From the NCBI RefSeq assembly GCF_018350175.1, contig NC_058368.1:199270001-199334000 (forward strand): a stretch of 64,000 nt of DNA, given 5' to 3'. Source of the stretch: Felis catus (lineage: Eukaryota). Position numbers and translations under genes: made by a program. This document shows, piece after piece, positions 50,133-63,690 of the stretch. The first letter of the stretch is position 1; each line of letters begins with the position of its first letter. The notes beneath the pieces were generated by a model. The model was not told the DNA's origin, searched no databases, and saw only the letters and a list, made by a program, of their open reading frames with translations.

Positions 50133-50892
50133 TCTGCTTTGTTTTGTTTTTTACTCGTTTCTTGGAGTTTATTTTCCGCTTGGTTTAAGGCACACCGTTG
50201 CAGGGTGTCAGGGAGGCTTGCATGGGGCCTGGATAGTAAAGAGCAGGATTCTCTCTTTTTGGTGTTTTGCTGTTTTGATATAAAAGAACCCAACTGCATC
50301 TGCTTGCTGAAGCCTGCCTAGTAAGCAGGAAGGGGACAGAACGGGAAGGGAGGGGTTCTAATGAGCTCAGCGCCTTCTGAAGTCCGGTGGCTGGGGGGGC
50401 CACCCAGGACTGGGGCCGGTGAGGCTTTGCCAGGCTGACCGCCAGGCTGCTTCCTCATGGCTTCCAGAGCCAAGCCACAGGTGATGGTGCTGCTGGAGGT
50501 CTGGGGGAGACTCTGAGCATTCATTCTGGGGACCCCAACATGGTAGCCACAAACTGGAGAGTGGACTTCCTGAAAAAGCAGCTTGCTCACCAGTGACCTG
50601 GGTCGGCCTTGGGGAGGCTTCCCCAGGATGCTCTGCTCCTCTGCAGAAGCTGTTCCTGAAAGTGGAACCCAGGCGGCGCCGGTGACAGTCGTGGGTGGCC
50701 ATGAGCGAGCCGAACCGGTGGAGGGGAGGGCTGCCAAGCTGTCGCTTGTGGGCTGGTGGAAACCTGAGCGGAGACCCCTCGCGGGCTTAGGCACATGATC
50801 ACGGGTGGAGGGGACCTGGACCCTAGACTGGGGAGCCCATTTGCAGAGGGGACCACAGAAGGCCTCTCCACCGCCCGGATGTGCAAAGGCTC
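50133..50892 (-). pseudogene. PPDPF: Processed pseudogene of PPDPF (pancreatic progenitor cell differentiation and proliferation factor, C20orf149)
   Basis: Minus-strand frames give LAALPSTGS / MATHDCHRRRLGSTFRNSFCRGAEHPGEA / LPKADPGHW*ASCFFRKSTLQFVATMLGSPE / PQTSSSTITCGLALEAMRKQPGGQPGKA, collinear with recalled PPDPF (MAAIPSSGSLVATHDYYRRRLGST...GLPKADPGHWWASFFFGKSTLPFMATVLES...RKQPGGQ). Disablements: start ATG>TTG (50735-50737), TGA at 50587-50589, a ~19-nt deletion and several small indels. No introns in the coding part. AATAAA at 50168-50173, degraded poly(A) at about 50133-50160, and a candidate degenerate TSD at 50120-50132/50893-50905. Confidence 0.93.
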
Positions 50893-52307
50893 TGCCTTTA
50901 CTTTTGATGTTCCCCTATCTAGAATACCTTCATCTTCAGTTCTGAACCTGATTCTGTCCAAATTTCACGAGCTGATGTAAGTCGTGTCCTCATCGTCAAC
51001 TGTGTCTAGACTTGCTCAGTTTAAATAAAACTTACTGTGTGGTTCACATTACATGGCTTAGCTCCTAATTATATATTCTTTAGTGTTTTTTTCCAGTTAT
51101 TCCCTTTGAAAATTTCTTATCTCACCAGTGAACTCCCACTGTACTCATGGGAAGAAACTTTTATTTCTTTTATAAACCTGATGCATTCAGAGAAGTGCTG
51201 GGCTTGAGACTAATCCTCAAAAAAATACTTGTTGCTTGAATGGAATCAACCAAGTCGTCTGTGATGATTCCATTTGAAAATTTGAAAACACATTTATTTT
51301 TTTGAGACAGAGAGAGACAGAGTGCGATCTGGGGAGGGGCAGAGAGAGAGAGGGAGACAGAGAATCTGAGGCAGGCTCCAGACTGCGAGCTGTCAGCACG
51401 GAGCCGGATGCAGGGCTCGAACCCATGAACCGTGAGATCATGACCTGAGTCGAAGTCGGACGCTTAACCGACTGAGCCACCCAGGCGCCTCCCCCCACCC
51501 CCGCCCGCCGTTTGAAAATTAACATAGCCAAATGAAGTCATTCTAATGTAGTCATACTCTGTTAGCTCATGGATGCATTTATGGAAAGGGGAGTGCTAAC
51601 TGCAAGCAGAGAATTACACACAATTACATTCTGTGCAGTGTATTGACAGCTTCGGTTCTACTCTCCCTGAATATTCTGAGTTGAAGAATGTTCCCGGCCG
51701 TGTATCCTCCCAACCCCTGTTCATCAAGCTGTTGGTCATTTCTTCTTAGCTGCAGTGAGGACCAAGGGTGGTCACCATCCATCCCTAAATGGCTCTGCTT
51801 TTTGCCATGTATTTCTTCCGCTAGTTCCTAGTAGGTACTCATCCTTCTCAAGCATTTCAACATCCAAAATGACTCATGAGGGGCACATTTGGGACATTCT
51901 CAGTTCTCCCATTTGCACATCTTTTATCAATGAACGCGAGCTGAAACTATTCACCAAAACATGAAATAATGGCTTTCTCCCACTTTTTAAAAAGTTTTTA
52001 TTTAAGTAATCTCTATACCCCAAATGGGGTTCCATCTCACGACCCCTAGACCAAGGATCACATGTTCTTCTGACTGAACCAGCCAAGCGCTCCCTCCCAC
52101 TTTTTGGACTTCACTGTTACTGTGCTCAAGAAACAGATTCGCGGGGCACCTGGGTGGCTCAGTCAGTTAAGCATCTGACTTCAGTTCAGGTCACGAGGCT
52201 CTCAGGTCATGATCTCGGCATTGGTGAGTTCGAGCTCTGCATCGGTTGAGCTGGAGCCATGCTTTGGGTGAGCCCTACTTCTCTCTCTCTCTCTGCCCCT
52301 CACTCTC

Positions 52308-52338
<31 letters not shown>

Positions 52339-54486
52339 TAAAAAGAAAAAAGAAAACATTGGCATGCCCACTGAAATGAAGGCAAAGTCAGTAAGGTGTA
52401 TGATGATGTATTACAAATTGACTCATCATGAGGAAAATCCCTACCAAAGAAGTATTCCATGTGTGTTTTGCACATACACATACTGACATACAGGTTTTTA
52501 ATATGAAATACTTCAGCAACGGCAGCACTATAATACGTCCGTGCTATTCAAAGCGGTGCTCCAGGGAAAATGCTTCTAGCACTCTGGGGAGTGATTGCAG
52601 TCCTTCTGGCGTATTGTTAGATAATAAAGATATCTAAATAAAGTTATAGCCTCAGTTCTGATTTCGGATGATTTTACAAAACCTTGAGCTTATCATTTGT
52701 TTTTAATCATAGCCCTTTAACATTTGTCAGGCACATGGCGTTTTTGCTCGTTTCCCTATCTAGAGAATTTTGATAGTGATATTCTGTCAGTTAAATCATC
52801 TTTATGCTGTTCATTTGTGTGTGTGTGCTGGAGTAATAATTCTTTGACCAGAAAGGTTTTTGGACCTTTGTTGAGAAATTCAGTTTATTTTTTTTAATTT
52901 TTATTTAAAAATTTTTTAAAATGTTTTTATTTATTTTTGAGACAGAGAGAGACCGAGCATGAGCAGGGGAAGGGCAGAGAGAGGGGGAGACACAGAATCT
53001 GAAGTGGGCTCCAGGCTCTGAGCTGTCAGCACAGAGCCTGACTCGGGGCTCGAAGTCACGGAGCGTGAGATCATGACCTGAGCTGAAGTCGGATGCTCAA
53101 CCGACTGAGCCACCCAGGCACCCCGAGAAATTCAGCTTAAAGGGCATTGTACCTGGTCAAAGACTTAGACTGCTTTAGTAATTATGATTTCTACTTCTCA
53201 GATGCTTTAGGGAATGACTTAAGCTAAATAATTTTTTTAAGTGGGTTCAACTAATGGGAGTAATGTGGGTTAGTGGATTAGGCAGGTAGATGGCAAATCT
53301 TTGGAGTGAAGAAATCTAGATACAGAAACCTACGTAATGATCAATTATGCTAAAACTGGGTGTAGCTATTCATTCCAAAAATATCTAGTGAGAGTTTACG
53401 ATGTGCCAGGCACTGTCTTAGGTGTTGGGTGAGCTGTGATGAACAAGACAGACATTGTTCTTGAACTTGGGAGTTTAGAATCTAGCAGATACTAATATAT
53501 TGAATAGAATGGTTGAGATGAACTTCTTAGTCTTAGCTTAGGTGACTAGAGTTTTGCTGGTACATGCAATGTTCCTTAGAGTGATGGCAAATAAAACATT
53601 GATTTACTTTCCTTTTTCGTATTTCATTTGAAAGGAAATCAAGTTTTAGGTCAGGTATATTACATACTGCATCCCATAATATTTAGCTTCACAACAAAGG
53701 AAGCATGAAATCTCAAGTTCTTGGCTGGTTTGGTGTTTAAAGTACAGACTGATGTCTTGAAGGTTTGTTTAGATTTCTTTTCAGTCTAAATAATGTTTTA
53801 TAATAGACACTTCTTTTTTTTTAAGCTGTTAAAATTAGGCTGGGGGAAAGTGCATACTCTTTTTATATCTCATCCTTCACACATTTCTCAGAACATCAGA
53901 AAAATATTTAAGTATTGAAAAAATATGGGGTGTTTTTTAAAATTATTTTTTAAGTCTTTAAAAACATTTTTTTAAATGTTTATTGATTTTGGAGAGAGAG
54001 ACAGAGTACAAGCGGGTGAGGGGCAGAGAGAGAGGGAGACACAGAATCTGAAACAGGCTCCAGGCTCTGAGCTGTCAGCACAGAGCCCGACATGGGCCTC
54101 GAACCCACCGACCACTACATCATGACCTGAGCCGAAGCTGGATGCTCAACAGATTCAGCCACCCAGGCACCCCTATTTTTTTAAGTCTTCATTCTTTGAC
54201 TGAGACCCTTGGAAAACTAAAGTATTAAGACTAGAGTTAACTATGATGTTGAGGAAAGATGTTATATGCTTACAGCAAATAGATAACAAGTATCTCACAA
54301 AAACATTGCTAGTTTTATAATCTTTTTTAATAATTCAGATAAAACTCTATAGATATGACCTTCATTTGAATCTGAAGCATGTTACAAATCAGCACAGAGA
54401 GGAGAAATTCAAATAAATGTAAACATTTGGAAATTTAAGAATAAAAAATTCCCCTGTTTGCAGAAAACAGCCATTGCTTTGAAGTC

Positions 54487-54895
54487 TTTTTTTTTTCTTA
54501 GCAAGAGAGAGAGCATGAGCAAGGGAGAGGGGCAGAGGGAGAGAGAATCTTTTTTTTTTAAGCTTATTTATTTATTTTTGAGAGAGACAGCATGAGTGGG
54601 GTAGGGGCAGAGAGAGAGGGAGAGAGAGTGAATCCTAAGCAGGCTCTGCACTGTCAGCACAGAGCCCGAGGTGGGTCTTGAACTCACAAAACTGTGAGAT
54701 CATGACCTGAACCAAAACTGAGAGTTGGACACTTAACCGACTGAGCCACCTGGCACCCCAAGGGAGAGACAATCTTAAGCAGGCTCTAAGCTCAGTGTGG
54801 AGCCTGACATGGGGCTTGATCCCATGACCCTGGGATCATGACCTGAACCAAAACCAAGAGTCAAACATTCAAACAACTGAGTCACCTGATGCCCC
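54487..54895 (-). mobile_element. Can-SINE with a second Can-SINE (about 54550-54759) nested inside it
   Basis: The outer copy is split at AGGGAGAGA(G/C)AATCTT, which is duplicated on both sides of the inner copy. Confidence 0.88.
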
Positions 54896-56669
54896 TGAAG
54901 TTTTTTTTTTTTTAAGCAATGATCTAAGTAGAATCAAACATTTTAAAAATGAAGAAACCAAATGGAATGAACATTAGTAAGTGTATAATAAAAAATAAAC
55001 AGACATCAATTGTCATTGCCAAGGGGGATCTGAGTCTAATAAGCAATGCTCTCCAGTCAATGGAAATGAAATGGTGCAAGTCACAATCGAGATGTAGAAA
55101 GAAAATACAAATGAAAATAAGGAGAACTTATAAGAAAGATATTTACCTTATTTCTACTTTCTCTAAAGAGAACACCAAAGAAATTACCAGATTATGGTCG
55201 GGATGGGAAGCAGCAATCCTCGTACAAGCAGAATTGAAGAAGACTGCAAAGTTTCCTCAAATAACCATAAATACAGCCAACAATGGTTGCATGTGTATTG
55301 AAGCCAATGCCCAGAATTTACCTCCCCTAGGTTAAGTCACTTTCATCCTTAACTGAGACGGTTCTCTCTGGCCTCCTCTACCTATTCCCATCCTTTCTCT
55401 TTCCTGCTCCTCCTCCTTCCTCCCCAATTCTTCTTCCTCAATTCTGCTGACAGTAGAATTTTTGAAAATCAAAATCTGATGATATCCTTGCCCTAACCAA
55501 CTTCTTTGACTTCCAACTGGATAGAATTTTGGATAGAATTTGAAATCCTACGAATTTCTGCATATTCTGGTTCTTGCTCACCTCTTCAGCCTTATTTTCT
55601 ACTTTCTTAGCCTCCCTCACAGAATTTCAAACTCAATGTCGTATTTGCCGTTTCTCAAATAAACCAAGTTCTTTGATCCCTCAGAGGATTATCAGCACCA
55701 GCTGTTTCTTTCTGTCTGAGAAGGTCTTCATCACCAGCCCCGTCCCAACCCAAGCCACCACTACTGGCTGGTTTCTTCTCAAACCCCAAGTCTCAGTCTA
55801 GGTTAGGTATATTTTGCCTTTACATATATTCCTTGTATAAGTAAAATTATTCAAACCAATACTAATTTAAATACAAATGTGATGAATGGTTTATTGCCTA
55901 TGTTTCTCACTCAATTTTAAGGTCCATGAGGGCAAGGACTGTGTTTATCTTGTTTCTTACTACATTTTGTATGCCTGGCATTGTGCTTGACTCATAGCTG
56001 GTGCTTAATAAATATCTCTGGAATGAATAAGGTTATAATGTAGATGTGACAGAGCTCAATGGGAAACCTTATTGTTGCCTCTATTTTTGCCTTGAACTAG
56101 GACTCAGCTTTTTGTTTCCTCTAAAAACTTTAAATTGCCTAAGATGTGTGTCTGACTGGCTCAGTCATAGACTGTGTGACTCTTGATCTAGGAGTTGTGA
56201 GTTCAAGCCACTGAAGAAAGTGAATGATGTAAATTTTACTGAATACTTTTTTTGAGAGCTGAAGAAGAGAAACATCACATATCTCACAGTAAAGCTTAAT
56301 TGAAAATCCCTATTAGGAGGCGCCTGGGTAGCTCAGTCTCAGGATTTCAGTTCAGGTTATGATCTCACAGTTTGTGCGATCAAGCCCTGTGTTGGGCTCT
56401 ATGCTGACAGTGTGGAGCCTACTTTGAATTCTCTCTCTCTCCCTCCCTCTCTCCCTCAAAATAAATAAACATTAAGAAAAAAGATAATTCCTATTAGACA
56501 TTTCCATTCTTCCCCTCAAGGTTCCTTTTTAGCTTGTTGTCTTACCTTTGACCTTCCAAGCAACCTGTTCTGCTTCCTAGTCTCCTAGCCTTTGCCACTC
56601 TGATTTCACCATGCCAATGAGGGGCTTTCTCTGTTTCTTTTCTAATGTGGAATATTTTAGCTTCCCTCC

Positions 56670-57100
56670 TCATATTAGTTTGCTAGAACTGCTATAACAA
56701 AGTACCATAAACAGGGTGCTTTAAAGAAGAGAAATTTATTGTCTCATAGTTCTAAAGACTAGAACTTCAAGATCAATGTATCAGCAGGACTGATTCCTTC
56801 TTAGGGCTGTGAGGGTAAATCTGTCCCAGTCCTCTTGTCTAGCTCCTGGTGGTTTTGCTAGCAATCTTTGGCATTCTATGGCTTGTAGAAGAATCACCAT
56901 GGTCTCAGCTTTCATCCTCACATGGCCTTCTTGTGTGCATCTGCATCCAAATTTCCCCTTTTTGTAAGGACACAATTGGATTAGGGTCCACCCTAAATGG
57001 CCACATCTCAACTAATTACACTTGCAATGACTGTATTTCCAAATAAAGTCACATTCTGATGCATTGGGAGAAGGACTACAGCACATTGTTTCAACCTATA
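56670..57100 (-). mobile_element. MLT1B/C-type MaLR solo LTR
   Basis: 'tattagtttgctagaactgctataacaaagtaccataaac...gaaatttattgtctcatagttct...tttccaaataaagtcacattctga'. Confidence 0.88.
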
Positions 57101-57178
57101 CCAATTTTCCTACTCATCTTTTTCCATATGGAAAAGACTCTTAGACTAAGTCTATCTTCCTAAGAAAAGGGTTGGAGG

Positions 57179-57944
57179 ATGTTTATAGCAGCGCTTTCAA
57201 CAAGAGCTAAATTATGGAAAGAGACTAAATGTCCATCACCTGATGAATGGATAAGGAACATATGGTTTATATATACAATGGAATACCACTTGGCAATGAG
57301 AAAGAATGAAATCATGCCATTTGCAGCAACGTGGATGATACTGGAAGGTATTATGCTGAAATAAGTGAAATAAGTCAGTCAGAGAAGGACAGATATCATA
57401 TGTTTTCACTCATATGTGGATCTTGAGAAACTTAACAGAAGACCATGGGGGAAGGGAAGGGGAAAAAATAGTTACAGAGAGGGAGGGAGGCAAACCATAG
57501 TGGACTCTTAAATAGAAAGAACAAACTGAGGGTGGATGGGGGGAGGGGAAAATGAGTGATGGGCATTGAGGAGGACACTTGTTGGGATGAGCACTGGGTG
57601 TTGTATGTAAGTGATGAACCATGGGAAACTACCCCAAAAACCAAGAGCACACTTTACACACTGTATGTTAGCCCTTTTGACAATAAATTATATTTAAATT
57701 TTTATGTTTATTTATTTTTGAGACAGACAGAGACAGAGTATGAACGGGGGAGGGTCAGAGAGAGAAGGAGACACAGAATCTGAAACAGGCTCCAGGCTCT
57801 GAGCTGTCAGCACAGAGCCCAATGCGGGGCTCGAACTCACGGACTGCGAGATCATGACCTGAGCCAAAGTCAGTCGCCCAACCGACTGAGCCACCCAGGC
57901 GCCCCGACAATAAATTATATTTAAAAAAAAAAGAAAAAGAAAGA
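57179..57944 (+). mobile_element. 5'-truncated carnivore L1 (ORF2 C-terminus, 3' UTR, A-tail) with a nested SINE
   Basis: ORF MFIAALSTRAKLWKETKCPSPDEWIRNIWFIYTMEY...MPFAATW is the L1 ORF2 C-terminus. 17-bp TSD AAGAAAAGG(G/A)TTGGAGG at 57162-57178/57945-57961. Minus SINE at 57699-57905 with 20-bp TSD GACAATAAATTATATTTAAA. Confidence 0.95.
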
Positions 57945-59724
57945 AAGAAAAGGATTGGAGGGAATTACAGGTAAGGGGAATTGTTAGTTGCAAATACATT
58001 TTGTCTGATCAAAATAATTTCCTCTTACAAATGGCTGAAAAAGAAGCTAGTCAAGCTTTTCTACAGATTTATCTTTCAAAACTATAGATCAAGTGACACC
58101 ATTCTCTTGCTCAAAAGACTGAAGATAGGCAACATCTTGTCTTTCTTGGTGACCATTGCATCTCTAGCACCTGGCTTACTGCCAGTCACATAGTAGATAT
58201 ATGTTGAATACAATTGCAGAACTTTAATGACTGCTTTTCACTTTCAGAACAAAGACTAAATTGCTAACCTTCAGCCATTTGACTCAACTTATCTTTATAG
58301 CTTATCTATTACTCTACTCCTTTGAACCATATACCTTTAGCTATCAAAACCATTCTGTTGTGGTTCTCTGAGTACACTCTCCACTTTCATCCACATTCTT
58401 TAATTCAAACTTTCCCCTTTGCCTGGAATGTGTTTCTACCTTCTAGCTAGCCAGCCTTTAAGGCCCAGATCAGACTGTCCCATCTCTTCAGATAAGTCTT
58501 TTTCCTGTAGGCAGAATTAATCTTTTTTTCAGATAGCCTCACAACACTTTGTAAACTTTGGACAATAGAACTCATGGTAGAATTATTTAGAATTGTGTCT
58601 ACCTCCCTCCCAAGTAGATTAGAATTCTTATAGGATCAAGGACATATCCTATTCATGTTGTTATCCTTCACAAAGCCAGAACACTCCTTTGTACTGTAGA
58701 TATCAACCAATTTTAATTAGTGAGTATTATTATTATTATTATTATTATTATTTTAAGTAAACTGTATGCTCAACCTGGAGCTCGAACTCACGACCCCAAG
58801 AGCTAGAGTTACAAGCACTACCAACTGAGCTAGCCAGGTATCCCATAATTTGTGAATTTTAAATTATAAGACATGTTCCCCTAGGCTAGTTTTTAAATTT
58901 TTTTTCCAGTAGAATAACTCCTTCATAATCATATTTTTAGGCTTTCCTATAAAATTTTATAATAACAAAAAAGATACTATCAATTCAATATTTTATTTTA
59001 TTTTAAAGTTTATTATTTTTTGAGACAACATGCATGCGTGCATGCACAAGGATTAGCAGGGGGAGGGGCAGAGAGAGAAGGAGAGAAAGGATCCCAAGCA
59101 GGTTCCAAGTAGTTAGCACGGAGCTGGAGTCTATGTGGGGTTGGAACTCATGAACTGTGAGATCATGACCTGAGCCGATGTTAAAAGTCGGACGTTTCAC
59201 CGACTGAGCCACCCAAGCGCTCCTAAATTCAGTAGTTTAAAATAAATTTGTGTTCTACTTATCACCAAAACATCTACAGACATAGGAAAAAATGCGTGTT
59301 CACATTTTACCAGACATATTTCAAAGTTTGATGTGTACATGGGTTTGTAGACCCTTGCAAACTTAGTAGCTTACAAACTGCAAATACTTTTCTAGGAAAT
59401 AAAGGCCCGTTGAAAGTTTTTGATTAGGTAATGACAAAAGAAAGTGAAACCACACAACTATGAGATACATTTATTTCAAAATACTCTGTCTTAGGGTTGC
59501 CTGGGTGGCTCAGTTGGTGAAGCGTCTGACTTCAGCTCAGGCCATGATCCCGTGGTTCGTGAGTTCAAGTCCCGCATCGGACTCTGTGCTGACAGTGCAG
59601 AGCCTGCTTCAGATTCTCTGTCTTCCTCTCTTTCTGCCCCTCCTTCCCTCATCAAAAATAAATAAAACTCTCTCAAAAAGAAATAAACATTAAAAAAAAT
59701 ACTCGGCCTTGCATTCATATCTTT

Positions 59725-60075
59725 AGTCATTCAATGAATATTTGTTCAGTATCTAGTATGTGCTAGCCGGCATTCTTGGTGCTGGGCATACAGGAGGGAC
59801 CAGGTGGAGGTAGTGAGAGGTGATTGGATTCTGGATACGTTTCGAAAGTGGAGTCAACAGGATTATGGGTAGATTAGATGGAGTGGGTGAAAGAAAAGAG
59901 TCAGTGATGACTCCAAGGCTTCTGACTGGAGCAGTTGGAAGAACAGAGTTGCTATTTGCTGGACTAGAGAAGACTGTTGGAAGGGAGGTCTGGGGATGGA
60001 GCTAATCAGGAATTTGGTTTTGAATGTATTCAATTTGAGATGACTATGAGTCAAGAGAAGATGTCTGTAGATACA
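59725..60075 (-). mobile_element. L2 fragment
   Basis: 'cattcaatgaatatttgttcagtatctagtatgtgctag' terminus and 'gatgactccaaggcttctgactggagcagttgga'. Confidence 0.75.
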
Positions 60076-60115
60076 CGCTAATGTAGGTACCTCCTCAGTA
60101 AATATAAACACAATT

Positions 60116-60737
60116 AGAGGTGTGTTAGAGTTGGCTCACACCAGCTCCTGAGAGGGGATCATTACATTTTCAGGAATTTGGTGAGCTAGTTGTTCAAGTT
60201 TAAGAACAGTTGTTCAACTGTTAAGAACAGTTAAGTTTAACTGTTATTCAAAGTTAAGCTATATAAACGTATAAAGTGTATTAAATAAATTATAGTAAAA
60301 CAAAATTAATGAATTAATTCACTAATTATTTTGATTAAGAGAGAAAGTGATAGCAGGGTCGAGGCAATGAGAGAGGGAGAGAGAGAATCCTAAGCAGACT
60401 CCACACCATCAGCACAGAGCCTGATGTGGGGCTTGAACTCACGAACCAAACCGTGAGATCATCACCTGAGCTGAAATTAAGAGTCGGACATTCAATTGAC
60501 TGAATCAGCCAGACACCCTAGTAGTACATATTTTAAAACTGATCACTTCCTAATTATTTTAATGCTGTGTATGATGATGAGGTTAAATCTTTTGTATCTA
60601 TTCAGAGAGTTTGGGTTCAGTGACATCGCATTGGTAGCGAGAAATTAACATGATAGGATAGTTACCAAATGCCACAACTCAGGTCTTTTTCTCCCTGGAG
60701 AGCTGATTGTTAAATCACACTTACCAGCACAACACTG
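60116..60737 (+). mobile_element. MER63-type hAT-Blackjack element with a nested SINE (about 60335-60518)
   Basis: 'ggtgtgttagagttggctcacaccagctcctgagag', 'ttcagtgacatcgcattggtagc' and the end 'gagagctgattgttaaa...ttaccagcacaacactg'. Confidence 0.75.
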
Positions 60738-63201
60738 AAAAATCCTCAGTGGAAACAAATTGTCTCTTAACCTTTATATAACCTTCTATCATCATCATCA
60801 TCACCATCATCATTATCATATTTGTTTATATCTTTCCTGCTATATACGTGAAAACAAAGCAACAAACCAAAAGAGTGGACAGAAAATAGAGGGTTGGTGA
60901 GTAGCTAGCATAGGGCATCCAAAACAAGAAGGGTCTTACAAAGTAGACCAAGTTGTGGTACGTCTATGCAACTTAACACTTCGTCTTTAAATCTTTTTTA
61001 TTTCTGAGAGACAGAGAGACAGAGCATGAGGGGGGGAGGGACAGAGAGAGACCCAGAATCTGAAGCAGGCTCTAGGCTCTGAACTGTTAGCACAGAGCCC
61101 AATGTGGGGCTGGAACCCATGGACTGTGAGATCATGACCTGAGCCAAAGTCTAACACCGAATCAACTGAGTTACCCAGGTGCCCCAGCACTTCATCTTTA
61201 AAAAAAAAAAAATCAGCCAGCTCAATACCAATGGGGTACAGTCTATAGGATATAAACAGTGAACAAAATAAAGTACACAATAGAATTTATAGTATGATAC
61301 TATTTATGCAAAACAAAACAAAAATACAGGTACATGCTGTTTATGCAGTAAATATGTCTCTCTTTTTTTTTAAGTTCCTTTATTTATTTTGAGAGAGAGA
61401 GACAGAGGAAACAGGGGAGGGTGAGAGAGCAAAGGAGAGAGAGAGAATCCCGAGCAAGCTCTGCGCTGTCTGCACAGAGCCCCCGATGTGGGACTTGAAC
61501 TCATGAACCTCGAGATCATAACGAGCCAAAACTGAGTTGGACGCTTAGCCAACTGAGCCACCCAGGCGCCCCTATGCAGTGAATATTTCTGAAAAGTATA
61601 CAGAAAACTGATAACATTAGTTGCTTCAGAAGAGGGGAACTTGGTGACCAGAGTATACAGGTGGGAGAGAAACATACTTTCCCTAAACATCTTTTTATTC
61701 CCTTTGAATTTCATAGCACATGTATGCATTTCCTATTCAAATAAAACATGGCTTTAAAAAAGTTCTTAAATGTTTTAAAAATATGATGTGTAAATAACAC
61801 AGTTTAGGGAGGGAAGAGGAGGAAAGCTCTTCCACTTTAAATTTGTACAAATTTTGCCTCATTTAAACTCAGTTGTGATTCCTTACACACATCTGTTAAC
61901 ATGATATACATCTTCTAAATATAAATGTTAATTTTTTGGTTAACAATCTTAACCTAGAATCTTAAGTCTATGTTAAGTTCAAAGCATGTTTAAGTATGCT
62001 TACTCTAAGAAACCGTATGTTAGGTGTGCCTGGATGGTTCAGTCAGTTGGGTGTCCACTCTCGATTTAGGTTCAGGTCATGATCCCAGGATTGTGGGATC
62101 GAGCCCCGTGTCCAGCTCTGTGCTGAGCGTGGAGCCTGTTTAAGATTCCTCCTCTCCCCCTCTCTCCCCCTCTGCCCCACTCATATGCTCTCTCTTTCTA
62201 AGAAAGAAAAAGAAACTGTATATGTTAGAATACTTGTTATATAAAATTACATTTACTCAAAGTAATAAATATGTTTGTCTTACAATGTTAATATACTTAT
62301 CTTCTTATGATAATGAACACATTGATATGATCTTACTGGTCTTACTGTAACTATCCTCTCCATTATGTAAATAGGATAAATTCCCTTGTTAATTATAAAA
62401 TGCAGCAGATTCTGAGTCTAGACTTTTCTCCTCAGTTGTGCAAAGAAATAAACAGTGCTTATAGCGGACTCATTATCAAACACACAATAGAAAAACTTGT
62501 GCTTTCAAGCAAATTGGTACTGTGGTCCTGGAGACGAGTCTGAATGGGGTGGGGGGGGGGTTGGGGGGGGTGGAATAGATTGCTTTAGTTCCTAAACTGG
62601 AGTGTGTTAATATAACGAGTAAACGGGCCACAATAAATGTCTGTTTTGGTTTGTGGTGGAAGCTGCCTGTCTTTGCTGCTAAGTCCCAATCTAAGAGCAT
62701 GAAAGTACTGTGTTCACTAAATTAAGCACAAAAAAATTAAATGCACACATTCAGGTATATTGGGTAAGGATCCAAAGATTAGAAGTAGGGTCAGCAAAAG
62801 CAGGTTTTTTTTTTTCCTGTTTTTTTAGATTTATTTATTTATTTTGAGAGAGACAGAGAGAGCGTGAGTGGGGGAGGGGCAGATAGAGAGGGAGAATCCC
62901 AAGCAGGCTCTGTGGGGTCAGCACAGAGCCCCACACAGGGCTCGAATTCATGAAACTGCGAGTTCATTACCTGAGCCAATATCAAGAGTTGGATGCTTAA
63001 CTGACTGAGCCACCCAGGGGGTCCCAAAAGCAGTGTTTTTTTAATTGTGTGAAATGAGGTGGATCAAACTGAGAAGCAGTCACACCAGGCTGTGGTAGAG
63101 AAATTGTTTTCTTCCTCAGTGTCTTCTCCTTCCTTTTCCTGTATGAATTAAAGATTGATTAACCAAAAATCGGGTCTGAAAAGGAAGTCTTAGATATCTC
63201 C

Positions 63202-63690
63202 TGTGTTAGTCAGGGTCCTGGCAAGAAGAGAGACTTCACCCCAGATAAGTTTTGTCAGAATGTGTGTTCAGGACATTTTGTCAGAATGTACGGGAAGAGG
63301 TAAGGGAGTAAACAAGCTGTGTGAAGCACGTAGAAAGCCCTTACTTTCCCCACAGAAGGGACAAGGGGAGGAAGTAGAGTTTCTGGAACTCAAAGAGAGC
63401 TGGCAAAGTGTAGACAGGGCTGCCCTGCTTCTCGTGGATAGTCATGGAGGGAAGCGGCTACAGTCAGAGAGTTGATGCTGAAACGAGGAAGGAGCAAGGA
63501 ATAAATAACCCCCATCTGTCTCCCATCCTCTGCTCTCTTCTCAGGATCTGGCTAAACTTAGAGGAAAACCAGCTCCCAAAGCGGGTATGAGAGATACAGT
63601 CCACAGGGTTCAACTTTCCAGGGCACAGAGCAGGAGAGAAGAGAATGAAGAGTGGATGGGGTAAAGAAGTGTAACAGAATAATTAGCACA
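63202..63690 (-). mobile_element. Old ERVL-type LTR (LTR41-like)
   Basis: Begins TGTGTTAGTCAGGGTCCTGGCAAG and ends 'cagggcacagagcagg...gagtggat...aattagcaca'. Confidence 0.55.

Noticed and set aside
50318..50961. Overlapping 158-aa and 124-aa ORFs as intact genes
   Set aside because: Each carries only a frameshifted fragment of PPDPF; all are explained by the pseudogene.
54949..55335. 128-aa ATG-initiated ORF in apparently unique sequence
   Set aside because: No recognisable domain, promoter or splice context. Treated as a chance ORF unless conservation or expression data say otherwise.
57179..57364. 61-aa ORF with a clear protein-like sequence
   Set aside because: C-terminus of L1 ORF2 in a 5'-truncated insertion with no promoter.
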